A stretch of DNA of 64,000 nt from a virus. Lineage: Duplodnaviria; Caudoviricetes. Made by a program: the position numbers and the translations under genes. Location: the IMG/VR virus record IMGVR_UViG_3300013121_000046. One strand, written 5' to 3'. The notes under the pieces are model-generated. The model was not told the DNA's origin. It saw nothing but the letters and a program-made list of their open reading frames with translations, and searched no databases. This document shows, one piece after another, positions 8,370-17,505 of the stretch (its first letter is position 1; every line of letters starts with the position of its first letter).

Positions 8370-10334
8370 CTACCTAGGGACTTGATACACAAGGATACTC
8401 TCGTACCAATTACCAGACTTTGAAAATCTTGAGGGAATTCTATAGGGTATATCCTCTTTGAGCGGCCAAGGGGCGACTCGCTTCCAACTCTCTGCTGCGG
8501 GAGCCCGCCTAGGATTTCCTACTTGAATGCCTATTATAGCGCCCGGCTTCATAACTCTTTGAAGCATTTCAAATACCTTGGCAATCCATCTTTCATAATC
8601 TTCGATACTCTGACAAAAAACACAAACTTGAGATTTATCTTCAGCATATCGCTCATAATTAAAATACGGAGGGGATGTAAAACACAAGTCATACTCCAGT
8701 CCTTGGGGAGGGGACCAATTTTCTGCTCCAATTAAATGAAGAAAGATAGGTTTATCTACCTTTTTTTGAAGAGTTTGTCGTAAAGTTTGATTACCCATCA
8801 AAGTCTTTTCACTGGGATCCAACCCAGTATAGGACAAAACTTTTTCAGAGGCCCAGCAACCCACCATTCTACCGCCAAAGCCCGCTGAGAAATCAAGTAC
8901 ATGTCCAGGCTCCTGGAAAAATAGGTCACAGAAAGTCTTAGCTACAGCCGGGGGAAAGTTTCCAACTGTCTTTTTTTCATATTTAAGTGCTTGCAAAAGG
9001 TGTTTAGGCTCCAGGCCCTTGCCGGACTCTACGAGTCTGGTTAGGACTTTCTCAAGAATTTGAGAGTCCTGAAAAGCCCCTAAAGTCGTGATCTTTCTAG
9101 AGTTTATTCGGACACCCCAAATATGGGGGTGAAAGCTGGTACATAGATTGACCCCAGTATTTAGGTACTGCCAGGTTCTATCCTCTTTCCGCACCTGCGA
9201 TGGCTGCACCCGTTGAATTTGATCCAATGTCCGGGATATTTGCTTCTCGGAGTATTTCGGGTATGGGAATCCGGCTACCCGGTAAACGCTAAGCAAGGAT
9301 CGCACTGTCGCTTCTTTGGACAGCCCCCCGGTTTTTAGAGCCTTCAAAGCCTCGGACTGGCTATGATCGGCTGACTCAGGGTTTATGAAAGTGGGAAACT
9401 GCGTAAAAATCTGTTGTCGCGGTTGCATAAGGGCCTCGGACGCCAGAATCTCCTGAAAATTTTCCAGACTTTTGGGCCCTTTGACCAAGAATTTCCGCAC
9501 CCGCATCCCGGCTGGGATACTGTGTAGAGCCTGAACTCCCCAGCTACTTAGCTTTTTGATGAGTTTATCGGCCTCGTCCGGGAAATTAAGGAGTAACTTG
9601 GAGGTCCAGGAAGCGTGCCCTTTTCGAGATGTTCTCCCGGAGTCTGCAAACCAGGAAACCAGTACACCAGGGGTAACCCGGGAAGCCCCGTCAATCGGCC
9701 AGACTTTTTTCCCCTCCGGGTACAGTAAGTCCCACCATTTTTGCCAGTATGGGGAAGCCTCTGAAGTTACCCTACCCGTCAGGTACGAGGATCCATTACG
9801 AATGGTGTGCATCTGCTGATATTTGGCGGAGAAAAACTCTCCTAGAATATCCCGTTTTTTGAGTGCATAGCCGGTTTCCTGTAGGGGGTGATGGCATACA
9901 AAGTAGGGTACCCCACTTCGGGATCTTCGCAGGGTGGCTTTTCCTAGCAGTGTCCCAAGAATAAATTCCTCTACCTCTTCTGGGACTATTTGTGCTGGGA
10001 CCCGCTTATTAACTCGCTCTGTTTTGCTCAGCGGGGATATGCCATACTTAGCTCTGAGCCCCAAAACATGATGCCGCTTCATCTGATACTTCACCATAAT
10101 CTGGCGATCAGATAAAAGATTCTCTTGGTATTCTCGCTCCAGCACTTCTTTGGGGAGCCGCTTTTCCAGTCGCTCCCAATTAAACCGTAGTCGGCTAAGC
10201 CCGAATTTCTTCACATACCAGTCAATAACGTCCCGGGAGCATCCGAACTCTGCAACCAGGGGAGCAGCCCCCTCTTTTCGATATCGGGACTTTATCGCCT
10301 GCTTTAGACCGGGGTACTTTTCCGGGGGAGCCAT
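8370..10334 (-). CDS. Fusion of HTH repeats, degenerate LAGLIDADG domain and amino-DNA methyltransferase (SPPY)
   Basis: ILGTLLGKA and LVSWFADSG LAGLIDADG-like helices; C-terminal NF.P.VAK, VLDFSAGFGGR (motif I), YTGLDP, FTSPPYFNYERY (motif IV). Confidence 0.85.
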   Translation of the reverse strand: MAPPEKYPGLKQAIKSRYRKEGAAPLVAEFGCSRDVIDWYVKKFGLSRLRFNWERLEKRLPKEVLEREYQENLLSDRQIMVKYQMKRHHVLGLRAKYGISPLSKTERVNKRVPAQIVPEEVEEFILGTLLGKATLRRSRSGVPYFVCHHPLQETGYALKKRDILGEFFSAKYQQMHTIRNGSSYLTGRVTSEASPYWQKWWDLLYPEGKKVWPIDGASRVTPGVLVSWFADSGRTSRKGHASWTSKLLLNFPDEADKLIKKLSSWGVQALHSIPAGMRVRKFLVKGPKSLENFQEILASEALMQPRQQIFTQFPTFINPESADHSQSEALKALKTGGLSKEATVRSLLSVYRVAGFPYPKYSEKQISRTLDQIQRVQPSQVRKEDRTWQYLNTGVNLCTSFHPHIWGVRINSRKITTLGAFQDSQILEKVLTRLVESGKGLEPKHLLQALKYEKKTVGNFPPAVAKTFCDLFFQEPGHVLDFSAGFGGRMVGCWASEKVLSYTGLDPSEKTLMGNQTLRQTLQKKVDKPIFLHLIGAENWSPPQGLEYDLCFTSPPYFNYERYAEDKSQVCVFCQSIEDYERWIAKVFEMLQRVMKPGAIIGIQVGNPRRAPAAESWKRVAPWPLKEDIPYRIPSRFSKSGNWYESILVYQVPR

Positions 10335-10346
10335 TTGTGACCCTAT

Positions 10347-11345
10347 TCAGGGGGCTAGGTGTGCAGCTTCCAGAGTTTTCTGATATTTTCTTTCCAGAAA
10401 TGGTTGGGTTAGGTCTGAGTATAGATAATCCTTCAGCCGAATTATGTCTTCCAAACCTTGCCAGGTGGCTTTCCAGGTTATTCCACTTTTACTGGCCGGA
10501 TCGACATCAAAGTATCCTGGACCGACTCCAGCCTTGGTCATCAGTAGCTCTCGAAGGGTTCCCAGGAATCTGGGAGTTCCCAGGAGATACCAATGCCTTT
10601 TAACGGGTCTTCCTGGGTAGTGATAAAGTCCCACACTACCGTCCCCATCGAAGTACCCACGAATAAAGTGGGGAAGAAATTCATCCGGAACCATAGGGAA
10701 AGGATCGTCACGGTTGGACTTATTGGGGTACATCCCGTGAGTTTCGATCAGGGACTGAGCCAGGTAGGTAGAGCAAATAACACAACTCGTCATTTGGGAA
10801 AGGCGGCCACTTATCTGCCGCACTATACGTCTTCGCACTTTATGCTGTGAGCCCAATCGGGCTCTTGTCTCTAAAATGAGAGATTCATCCAGAGTCTGCA
10901 CATACAGTCGGTACATAGTGACTTTTTTTAATCGCTTATCGTATCCCAGGGAACCATCGGCAAAACCATTCCCTAGATCGTAAGCCATAGTCGGAGACCA
11001 GTGCTCAAAGTAATCGGTCTTCAATGTCTCCCGGTTATTTTTCCGAACCTTTGATGCCGGGCTCAGTATTTTTCTCTTCTCCAAACGGCTGCTTACTGTA
11101 GACTCACAGCACCCAAATTTCTTTGAAATACTCAAGATTGACTCGGTGTCCCCAAATTTATCCACGTAAGCATCTAGTTCCTTGGGGTTTTGAAAATACT
11201 TATTGAGAGATTCAATTCCTAAGATACGGCAACGGTAATAAAAGGTGGTCCCTTTTATCCCCAATATTTTGGCAGCGGCGCGCATACCATGCTCTTGGAC
11301 TAAGTTACGGTAATTTTCAATCTCTTCTGGAGACAGTTTGAGCAT
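10347..11345 (-). CDS. Free-standing LAGLIDADG homing endonuclease with N-terminal HTHs
   Basis: AYDLGNGFADGS and HFIRGYFDGDGS motifs, PNKS, LY......L.RK C-terminus. Confidence 0.92.
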   Translation of the reverse strand: MLKLSPEEIENYRNLVQEHGMRAAAKILGIKGTTFYYRCRILGIESLNKYFQNPKELDAYVDKFGDTESILSISKKFGCCESTVSSRLEKRKILSPASKVRKNNRETLKTDYFEHWSPTMAYDLGNGFADGSLGYDKRLKKVTMYRLYVQTLDESLILETRARLGSQHKVRRRIVRQISGRLSQMTSCVICSTYLAQSLIETHGMYPNKSNRDDPFPMVPDEFLPHFIRGYFDGDGSVGLYHYPGRPVKRHWYLLGTPRFLGTLRELLMTKAGVGPGYFDVDPASKSGITWKATWQGLEDIIRLKDYLYSDLTQPFLERKYQKTLEAAHLAP

Positions 11346-11374
11346 AGGAATACTCCAGTGGGGACTCCTACTTG

Positions 11375-11380
11375 ATTATA
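11375..11380 (-). promoter_or_regulatory. Consensus -10 box (TATAAT) for the LAGLIDADG/MTase operon
   Basis: TATAAT 30 nt upstream of the 11345 ATG, downstream of the MCP terminator. Confidence 0.5.
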
Positions 11381-11480
11381 CTAGGGACGAATTCCAGTTG
11401 CAGAGAAATTCCTGAGAATGGTCCTTAGTCCTAACTGGAACTAGACCCTAGTATCTGAAACTACTAAGTATGGCCAGTGG

Positions 11481-11523
11481 AAAAAGAAAAAGGCCAGTTG
11501 GAGTTTTCACCCCAACTGGCCTT
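11481..11523 (-). terminator. Rho-independent terminator after MCP
   Basis: AGGCCAGTTGG/CCAACTGGCCT stem plus T-tract on the minus strand. Confidence 0.85.
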
Positions 11524-11566
11524 GATTCGTAGCTTCTTATCAGCCTAAGTCATTACTCACTAGGAA

Positions 11567-12427
11567 CTAGCGAGTAATCAAAATTCTCTGGCTAGATAAA
11601 AAGTTGTAGGCCAAGATTCCGAGTTGCTCGAAGATTGAGAAACCAACTTTCCGCTCCTCAGGACGGTCAGCCGTGATGACCGAAAGCTCGGTACGAACGG
11701 GCATACGTCCGTAAAATTCACGCTCACCACAAACATACAATGTGCCAGCAGGCACCACCCGGGACTTAATGACCTGACAACCATAAATCTTGCCAAGAAC
11801 ACCAGTCCGGAACATTGACTCCTGAGTCTCAGGACTCAAAGCATCGCGATCAAACTTCCGCAGATCAGCATAGTCCCGACCGTTCATAAAGATCCGGGCG
11901 GCACGAATTCCATGCTCCTCAATAGCTCCAATAGCATCAGAAATCACATCAGCAGTCAGAGGAGCCGCCACACTGATATCTGTGTGAGGATTAGCCGCAT
12001 CAGCCGCTAAAGCATCAATGGTCGAGAAGACTCTCACGTCTTCCTTCTCTTTGACACCAGCCACACCCAACTCAATGGTACGCTTAATCATATCGTACCG
12101 ACGTTCCTTGATCTGCGTCAGGGGAATCATAGGAACGGTAGCTAACTCAAACAGAGGAGCCGAAACTCTAGTTGACTGAGCCAAGACAGTGATCGAATCA
12201 CCACCCTCGGCCACAGCATAGGCCGGAATAATTGGATCCTTGTCATAAATGGCCAAAGCACCGTCCTCGATATCCTCCACCAAGAAGGCCTTACGACCCA
12301 CGGCAGCATAATCGCGGAACCGACGCAATGAAGGGGTCATCTTGGCAGCCATTGTCGTACGGCCAGCCCCCGAACCAATATACCGAGCGATAATCGACGA
12401 GAATGTCTGAGGTGATGGAGTACCCAT
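11567..12427 (-). CDS. Major capsid protein, HK97 fold, Bxz1/cluster-C-like family
   Basis: LRR.RDY..VGRK.FLVE, YDKD, RV..PLFELA..P.I, ED.RVF, MN..DY.DLRK, S..VP.GTLY..E.EF.G.MPV, GF.IFE.LG..N resemble Bxz1-type MCP; position after scaffold and cement genes. Confidence 0.88.
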   Translation of the reverse strand: MGTPSPQTFSSIIARYIGSGAGRTTMAAKMTPSLRRFRDYAAVGRKAFLVEDIEDGALAIYDKDPIIPAYAVAEGGDSITVLAQSTRVSAPLFELATVPMIPLTQIKERRYDMIKRTIELGVAGVKEKEDVRVFSTIDALAADAANPHTDISVAAPLTADVISDAIGAIEEHGIRAARIFMNGRDYADLRKFDRDALSPETQESMFRTGVLGKIYGCQVIKSRVVPAGTLYVCGEREFYGRMPVRTELSVITADRPEERKVGFSIFEQLGILAYNFLSSQRILITR

Positions 12428-12610
12428 CTTATCTCCCTTGTGGTATCTACCCTTGAGGAATAATGTTTTGCCCTAACTCGTAAGAGTGGGCCTGATCTAT
12501 ACAATTCCTTAGGGCAACCATTTATTCGCAATTTGGACTAACTAAAGCCTAAACCCATAACAGTAAACAAGTTAGACCCTAAAAACAAAATATTTAATAG
12601 CCCTAGGGAC

Positions 12611-12643
12611 AAAAAAAACCGCCGGAAAACCCTTTCCGGCGGT
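12611..12643 (-). terminator. Rho-independent terminator
   Basis: ACCGCCGGAAA/TTTCCGGCGGT stem followed by T8 on the minus strand. Confidence 0.85.
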
Positions 12644-12731
12644 AGCAGGAGACCGTGATAGTAGATTTCTCTGACTAGTCACTCTCTTTTTAGCGTAAAA
12701 AGTATCTTATTAGTAAGATATTAAAGTATAC

Positions 12732-13379
12732 TTAATCTAAGACCTTAACACTATCCTTAATAAGATTATCTAAATCCTCAATACGATCTGGGCTGACCTT
12801 AATATACCACTCTCTAGGTTGATTTGATCCCTTAACGTTTACTCTGATCCCTAAAAATTCTTTCGGATTTATTATAGTACATACCGCAGACTCAGCCCCA
12901 GCCAAGTTAATACGCAAGTCATCCTTTAGTAAAGGCGAAAACCCTACTGCCGTATTCGTAAATTCAATTGATTGCTCAGACTCAAACAAAGCACAACGGA
13001 CATTAAACCCGGAAACGTATTCCAGTGCGCTCGAATGTACTGGCAGATAATAATACAAGTAAATAGGCCTGAATTTTACTTTTAGTATTAAGGTTGAAAA
13101 CGTTAACCAGTTCAAGTTCGAGTTATCCACAACATCCCATACAGTAATATCTAAAAGATCAAGCCAGTTAGTATACATACCGTAATTAAATTTTCTAACC
13201 CCAGCTACTTTAGCTGCCTGAAGAAAAAACTTACTGGAACAATTAATAATACTTTCCGGTCCCCTTAACGGGTATTGTAAACCATGTTGATTCCTAAAAA
13301 ACCAGCCTGCCCCGGTCTCAAAGAATAAGCTTTCCTGCCCCTCTCCCGTAATAACTGAATCCAACATAGAGGGCCGCAT
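12732..13379 (-). CDS. Hypothetical protein, paralog of 13401..14060
   Basis: G.G.E.L.F....GW, CSS, AGV, I.VWD, P.EF.G motifs shared with neighbour; AT-rich. Confidence 0.7.
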   Translation of the reverse strand: MRPSMLDSVITGEGQESLFFETGAGWFFRNQHGLQYPLRGPESIINCSSKFFLQAAKVAGVRKFNYGMYTNWLDLLDITVWDVVDNSNLNWLTFSTLILKVKFRPIYLYYYLPVHSSALEYVSGFNVRCALFESEQSIEFTNTAVGFSPLLKDDLRINLAGAESAVCTIINPKEFLGIRVNVKGSNQPREWYIKVSPDRIEDLDNLIKDSVKVLD

Positions 13380-13400
13380 AGAGTGAATCCTCTGATGTCT

Positions 13401-14060
13401 TTACTCTAAGTCCAGAACACTTGCATTGCATAAAGCAGCCACAGACTCAATGCTTTCCGATGGAACATCAATGATAGTACTGGATGGACTTGAAGAATAC
13501 TGAGCAGAAACAAGAGTGTAACCTTGAAATTCTAATGGTGTCCTAACCTGACATTGTATCTCAGACCCCCTACAAGATAGAGACAAAACTCCAAGGTTTA
13601 CCCAGGGTCTCTCAAGATTACAATTTCTAAATAGCATTAGATGCGTTGAGTCCATGAGTTTACTAATTAAGGTAATGTACACAGACTCAGATCTTAATTT
13701 TGACCCAAACTCAGAGGTTCGTACCGGAACCTCTAAACTAATATACATAGTACTGATTCTTAAACGCAAACCGAGGCTAGAAAATAGGATTATCTTAGTA
13801 TCAGCGCTACTCAAATCCCAAATATCTATCTCCAAAAGTACCTTTGGCGTATTACGGGGTACAGTATACTTAAGAATCTTTACTCCAGCCCATTCAGTTA
13901 CACTATGTAAAAGACTACTAGAGCAATAAAGCTTTTCATACGGCGGCACCCAAAAGGTGGCACCGCTCATATCATCATATAGCCAACCCAGCCTAGCATC
14001 GAACCTTAACTGTTCCGAACCCTGACCATAGTAGACTTCATTAGCGTCTAGATACCGCAT
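13401..14060 (-). CDS. Hypothetical protein, paralog of 12732..13379
   Basis: Same shared motifs, similar length. Confidence 0.7.
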   Translation of the reverse strand: MRYLDANEVYYGQGSEQLRFDARLGWLYDDMSGATFWVPPYEKLYCSSSLLHSVTEWAGVKILKYTVPRNTPKVLLEIDIWDLSSADTKIILFSSLGLRLRISTMYISLEVPVRTSEFGSKLRSESVYITLISKLMDSTHLMLFRNCNLERPWVNLGVLSLSCRGSEIQCQVRTPLEFQGYTLVSAQYSSSPSSTIIDVPSESIESVAALCNASVLDLE

Positions 14061-14086
14061 AACCCTAGTATCCCATCCCCAGGGGC

Positions 14087-14830
14087 TTATGGTCGATCAG
14101 AAATATCTCTAAATCTTCGACTTCTCTGGGCCTCCTCTCTAACATCCTCCGCTGGATCATTCTCACCCCCCTCAGAGACGTACGAATCAGGCATCAAGTA
14201 CTTTAATTTCTTGTACCAATTCTTATCATCCATCCAACGATCTAACTCTGGAGAAACTTCAGCTAACATCGCAGTAGCCAATCTTTCCCGTCGAGAAAAA
14301 CTCTTTGAACTCTTTTTAGCAGCAGTAAAACCACCTAGACCCCCGCTAACCGGTGGGTTTGAGTTAAAAGTTCCCGGGGGTATTTGCGGGGCCGATTGGG
14401 AAGCCTTTGCTTTGAGTTCCCGAAGCCGATCCTTAAACCAATTGGCAGCGGCTAAAGCAATTTGTGCTGTATTCCAGGTTTTTCCGGGAGGCTTATCCTC
14501 CTTAGCCACCACGAAGGCTTGTGGAACAGAGGAATCCTCCTCACCTTGAACTAGATTCTGGGCCAAAACCGCATACTTCCCATCTTTCAGTTTCTGAATT
14601 TGTAACTGAAGAAGCGAGTCTTTGCCCCAGATCCCGCCTAACGGCTCTTCTGAATCTTTGACAATAGGCAACTCTGGATGAGACACACTCCATGTATTTC
14701 CATCTGTACCCTCTACCCCCCAATTCTTTGAATCTTGATCTTGAGAATCACCTGGAGTATTAAGAGCCTTGATAAGCTCATCGGCTAATTGCCAGAGAGT
14801 TCTCTGGGCTTGAGAATCAATACTAGGCAT
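14087..14830 (-). CDS. Hypothetical protein, possibly internal virion protein
   Basis: ORF in head module; contains SRRERLA motif. Confidence 0.65.
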   Translation of the reverse strand: MPSIDSQAQRTLWQLADELIKALNTPGDSQDQDSKNWGVEGTDGNTWSVSHPELPIVKDSEEPLGGIWGKDSLLQLQIQKLKDGKYAVLAQNLVQGEEDSSVPQAFVVAKEDKPPGKTWNTAQIALAAANWFKDRLRELKAKASQSAPQIPPGTFNSNPPVSGGLGGFTAAKKSSKSFSRRERLATAMLAEVSPELDRWMDDKNWYKKLKYLMPDSYVSEGGENDPAEDVREEAQRSRRFRDISDRP

Positions 14831-14912
14831 TTTATTCCTAACTCAAAAAATTACTACCCCAGAAACATGCCTGAACTAACTCAATTCCCTCAGGTACAGA
14901 ATCAAAATACAC

Positions 14913-15110
14913 CTAAACTAACTTAGGTGCAATCGCGGGAACAATCGGCTCAGTATCTACGGTCCCACCTAAAAGTTTTGTTACCTGTCCTTTGGAGTTA
15001 ATAAATCCCGCCCTTACCATACTCTGAAAATACTCTTCTGGGGTTTCCGTATCCTGAGCGAATGCCCGAAGAGCTTCTTCAGCTATCTGCTTTGAAGTAC
15101 GAATTGCCAT
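14913..15110 (-). CDS. Small hypothetical protein
   Basis: ATG with GAGGT RBS. Confidence 0.6.
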   Translation of the reverse strand: MAIRTSKQIAEEALRAFAQDTETPEEYFQSMVRAGFINSKGQVTKLLGGTVDTEPIVPAIAPKLV

Positions 15111-15202
15111 CTCACTACCTCACTATCCATTTGAGAGGTTTGCATACGCTAAATGAACCTTAAAGTACAGTACTGAAACACACAATACCTAACTAAGATA
15201 CC

Positions 15203-15240
15203 AAAAAAAACTCCCAAGCGGGAAAACCCACTTGGGAATT
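15203..15240 (-). terminator. Rho-independent terminator
   Basis: TCCCAAGcGGG/CCCaCTTGGGA stem with T8 on the minus strand. Confidence 0.75.
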
Positions 15241-15264
15241 TAACAAATTCAAATATCAGTCAAG

Positions 15265-15867
15265 TTAAGCCACATACTGGATGCTTAAGAGCACACCCAA
15301 TTCCAACTCACTGGCAGTGGGAACCTTAGTGCAAAGACCCACATACCAAGCACCCGAGCCAGTGGTATAACCCACTGACGATGGGTCTGAAGTATTCGCC
15401 ACTGGGGTCAACAAACCCTCACCTGAGCAGTACAGGGGCGAACCGATGGCATATGAGTTAAGACACGAAGCGTAAGTAATACTTGGAGTTGAACCCGAAG
15501 GGGCACCTTCATTGGTCTCGAAAGCATAGACCAGGAAGTGACCACCGTTCATGTAGACTCCAACCTTACCCGAGGCCGCAGCCGGAGCATTCTCGAAGGC
15601 ATTACCTTCCGAATTGCCCGAAAACAAGCCAATCGGACGGTAGTTCTTAGCTCCATCACGAGCTTCCCAGTTATTCCCACCCACTGACAGAGAGGCAACT
15701 GAACCACCCAACACGCCCTTCGGGGTGTCAGCATCAAAGTTCAGGTTGCTGACATGAGCACCAGTACCCGCGTCAGAATGGTAGTTATCCCGATCAAAAG
15801 AACTCGATTTAAGGGTATAAGCTGACGAATTTGTCACCTTATCCAAAACTTCGATGTAGATACTCAT
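15265..15867 (-). CDS. Capsid cement/decoration (minor head) protein
   Basis: PIGLF....GNAFEN.PA.ASGK, Y.FET, Y..G..LYCS..GLLT, VG...KVP; position between scaffold and MCP. Confidence 0.7.
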   Translation of the reverse strand: MSIYIEVLDKVTNSSAYTLKSSSFDRDNYHSDAGTGAHVSNLNFDADTPKGVLGGSVASLSVGGNNWEARDGAKNYRPIGLFSGNSEGNAFENAPAAASGKVGVYMNGGHFLVYAFETNEGAPSGSTPSITYASCLNSYAIGSPLYCSGEGLLTPVANTSDPSSVGYTTGSGAWYVGLCTKVPTASELELGVLLSIQYVA

Positions 15868-15925
15868 TCGCCAGTCTCCCAGAGAAAGAAAAAAATAAAG
15901 TTAGGGTACTTCTATACCGAAACTA

Positions 15926-17230
15926 CTAGTATCGGAAGACCCTCTCAATGTCTTCATAAGCCTCGGGCACATCGAACACTGCGTCAAACTCATTATCAAC
16001 CTGCCGATTCACGTTAGCTTTTCTAACCCGAGAGGGCCTAAAAGCTGAAGCCTTACGATTGGCATCCCGCTTTTCCGCAGGTTGGATGAAAGCATCCGCC
16101 CAATTGGTCGGAGTCTTTTTTTGTTCCAGAGTCTTCTTAGCAGCACGAATTTTACCAGCGGACTTCGAGCCGGTCGGAACTATCCCAGCCATGTGCAACT
16201 TCTCCGCATCATCCATAGAAAATTCATGCTCAGTATCCAAGTCCTCACTATCATCGTCAGACATATCATCTAAGTCCAAGGCGTCTTCATCGTGCTCAGA
16301 ATCTTCTAACTCGGAATCCTCTAACTCGGAATCCTCTAACTCGGAATCCTCTAACTCGGAATCCTCTAACTCGGAATCCTCTAACTCGAAATCCTCTAAC
16401 TCGAAATCCTCCGAATCCTCCGAATCCTCCGAATCCTCAGCAAACTCATCACTCATATCCTCCTCATCCCCTAAATCCGACTCAGACATTTCATCCGTAC
16501 CAGTCTCGGAGGCATCCTCATCCACAAAATCTGCGTCCTCATCCTCTTCCACACCCAACTCCTCACTATCCGCTGAATCTTCTACCTCAGGTCTGCTGCT
16601 TTCATCCATATCCTCGACAACATCACCGGACTCAGTGAGATCAAAATCATCATCCGCTTCCGAGTTAAATTCATCCTCAAGGAAAAGGGCCTCATCACTG
16701 ACCGGGCCATCAATCACATCCCCTGAGGGAGCCGGTGTAGTCTTGCCAGGAACAACTGGCGGATTACCCTTAATAACATTGGGGGCCATATGCCCAGAAG
16801 CCGAAGTAGCACATGGCTTACAATCGGTTTTAACTGATCGCTTAGGACTTTTCTTTGTCCCCTTACTAGCCAACTGTCTAGTAGGCTTCGACTCATTCAA
16901 AGCTACATCCGCTACAGCCCTATCGGGACTTAACTCATGCTCTGAGACATACTGCTGCGTGTTGGTAGATTCCGGCTGAGGAAACTCCTTTGAGTCCACA
17001 GCCGGGAAATCTTCTCCAGATTCCGAAGCAATCTTAGCCGTAATCTTATAAATATTTGCTAAGTCTTTAGTAGGAATCCGACTAGCTAAGATTCTCGCTA
17101 CGCCCTGAATTTCTGTATCCGAGGCAGCACGAGAACCCAACAATTTTGTTGCTAAGTCCACCGCTCGCAATGAAGTGCTCAAACGAGCTAAATGACTAAC
17201 ACTACTGGTCGTGAGTCGCTTACGTGACAT
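15926..17230 (-). CDS. Putative capsid scaffolding protein with long acidic tract
   Basis: D/E-rich low-complexity core, basic K/R-x-A motifs, C-terminal ..DIERVF; position between protease and cement/MCP. Confidence 0.7.
   Translation of the reverse strand: MSRKRLTTSSVSHLARLSTSLRAVDLATKLLGSRAASDTEIQGVARILASRIPTKDLANIYKITAKIASESGEDFPAVDSKEFPQPESTNTQQYVSEHELSPDRAVADVALNESKPTRQLASKGTKKSPKRSVKTDCKPCATSASGHMAPNVIKGNPPVVPGKTTPAPSGDVIDGPVSDEALFLEDEFNSEADDDFDLTESGDVVEDMDESSRPEVEDSADSEELGVEEDEDADFVDEDASETGTDEMSESDLGDEEDMSDEFAEDSEDSEDSEDFELEDFELEDSELEDSELEDSELEDSELEDSELEDSEHDEDALDLDDMSDDDSEDLDTEHEFSMDDAEKLHMAGIVPTGSKSAGKIRAAKKTLEQKKTPTNWADAFIQPAEKRDANRKASAFRPSRVRKANVNRQVDNEFDAVFDVPEAYEDIERVFRY
16295..16438. 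repeat. Coding tandem repeat: ~8 x 15 bp (CTCGGAATCCTCTAA; LEDSE) plus 3 x 9 bp (EDS)
   Basis: Directly visible tandem units. Confidence 0.95.
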
Positions 17231-17304
17231 TGATAGCTCCTTAAAAGCTCAATTCCCAGGGGGAAAGAGTAAAAATATGATCGGTGGAAACGCACAGATT
17301 AAGA

Positions 17305-17502
17305 CTAGGAAAAAAGAGTCTCATCCCAGTGCCAAGGATCATTCCGATATCGAGTATCAAAATCTGTTTCCAAACTGGGAGTTTCTGCTTCCCTTACAGA
17401 CTCAGAATTTTTATGTACAACCTCATCCTCTGTAGAAGAATCCTTACCGAATAAATTCCTAGCTAATCTGACTCGACGAGCTTCAGAAGAAGTCCTCAAC
17501 AT
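17305..17502 (-). CDS. Small hypothetical head-module protein
   Basis: ATG with GAGGT RBS; ARRVRLA motif. Confidence 0.6.
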   Translation of the reverse strand: MLRTSSEARRVRLARNLFGKDSSTEDEVVHKNSESVREAETPSLETDFDTRYRNDPWHWDETLFS

Positions 17503-17505
17503 AGT

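Noticed and set aside
10347-12427. LAGLIDADG gene as part of a group I intron in the MCP
   Set aside because: The MCP ends with a complete C-terminus and stop, followed by a terminator; no downstream exon is evident
16295-16438. Regular repeats as a possible CRISPR array
   Set aside because: Head-to-tail 15-bp and 9-bp units without spacers, in frame within the scaffold gene; same for 20184 and 51153
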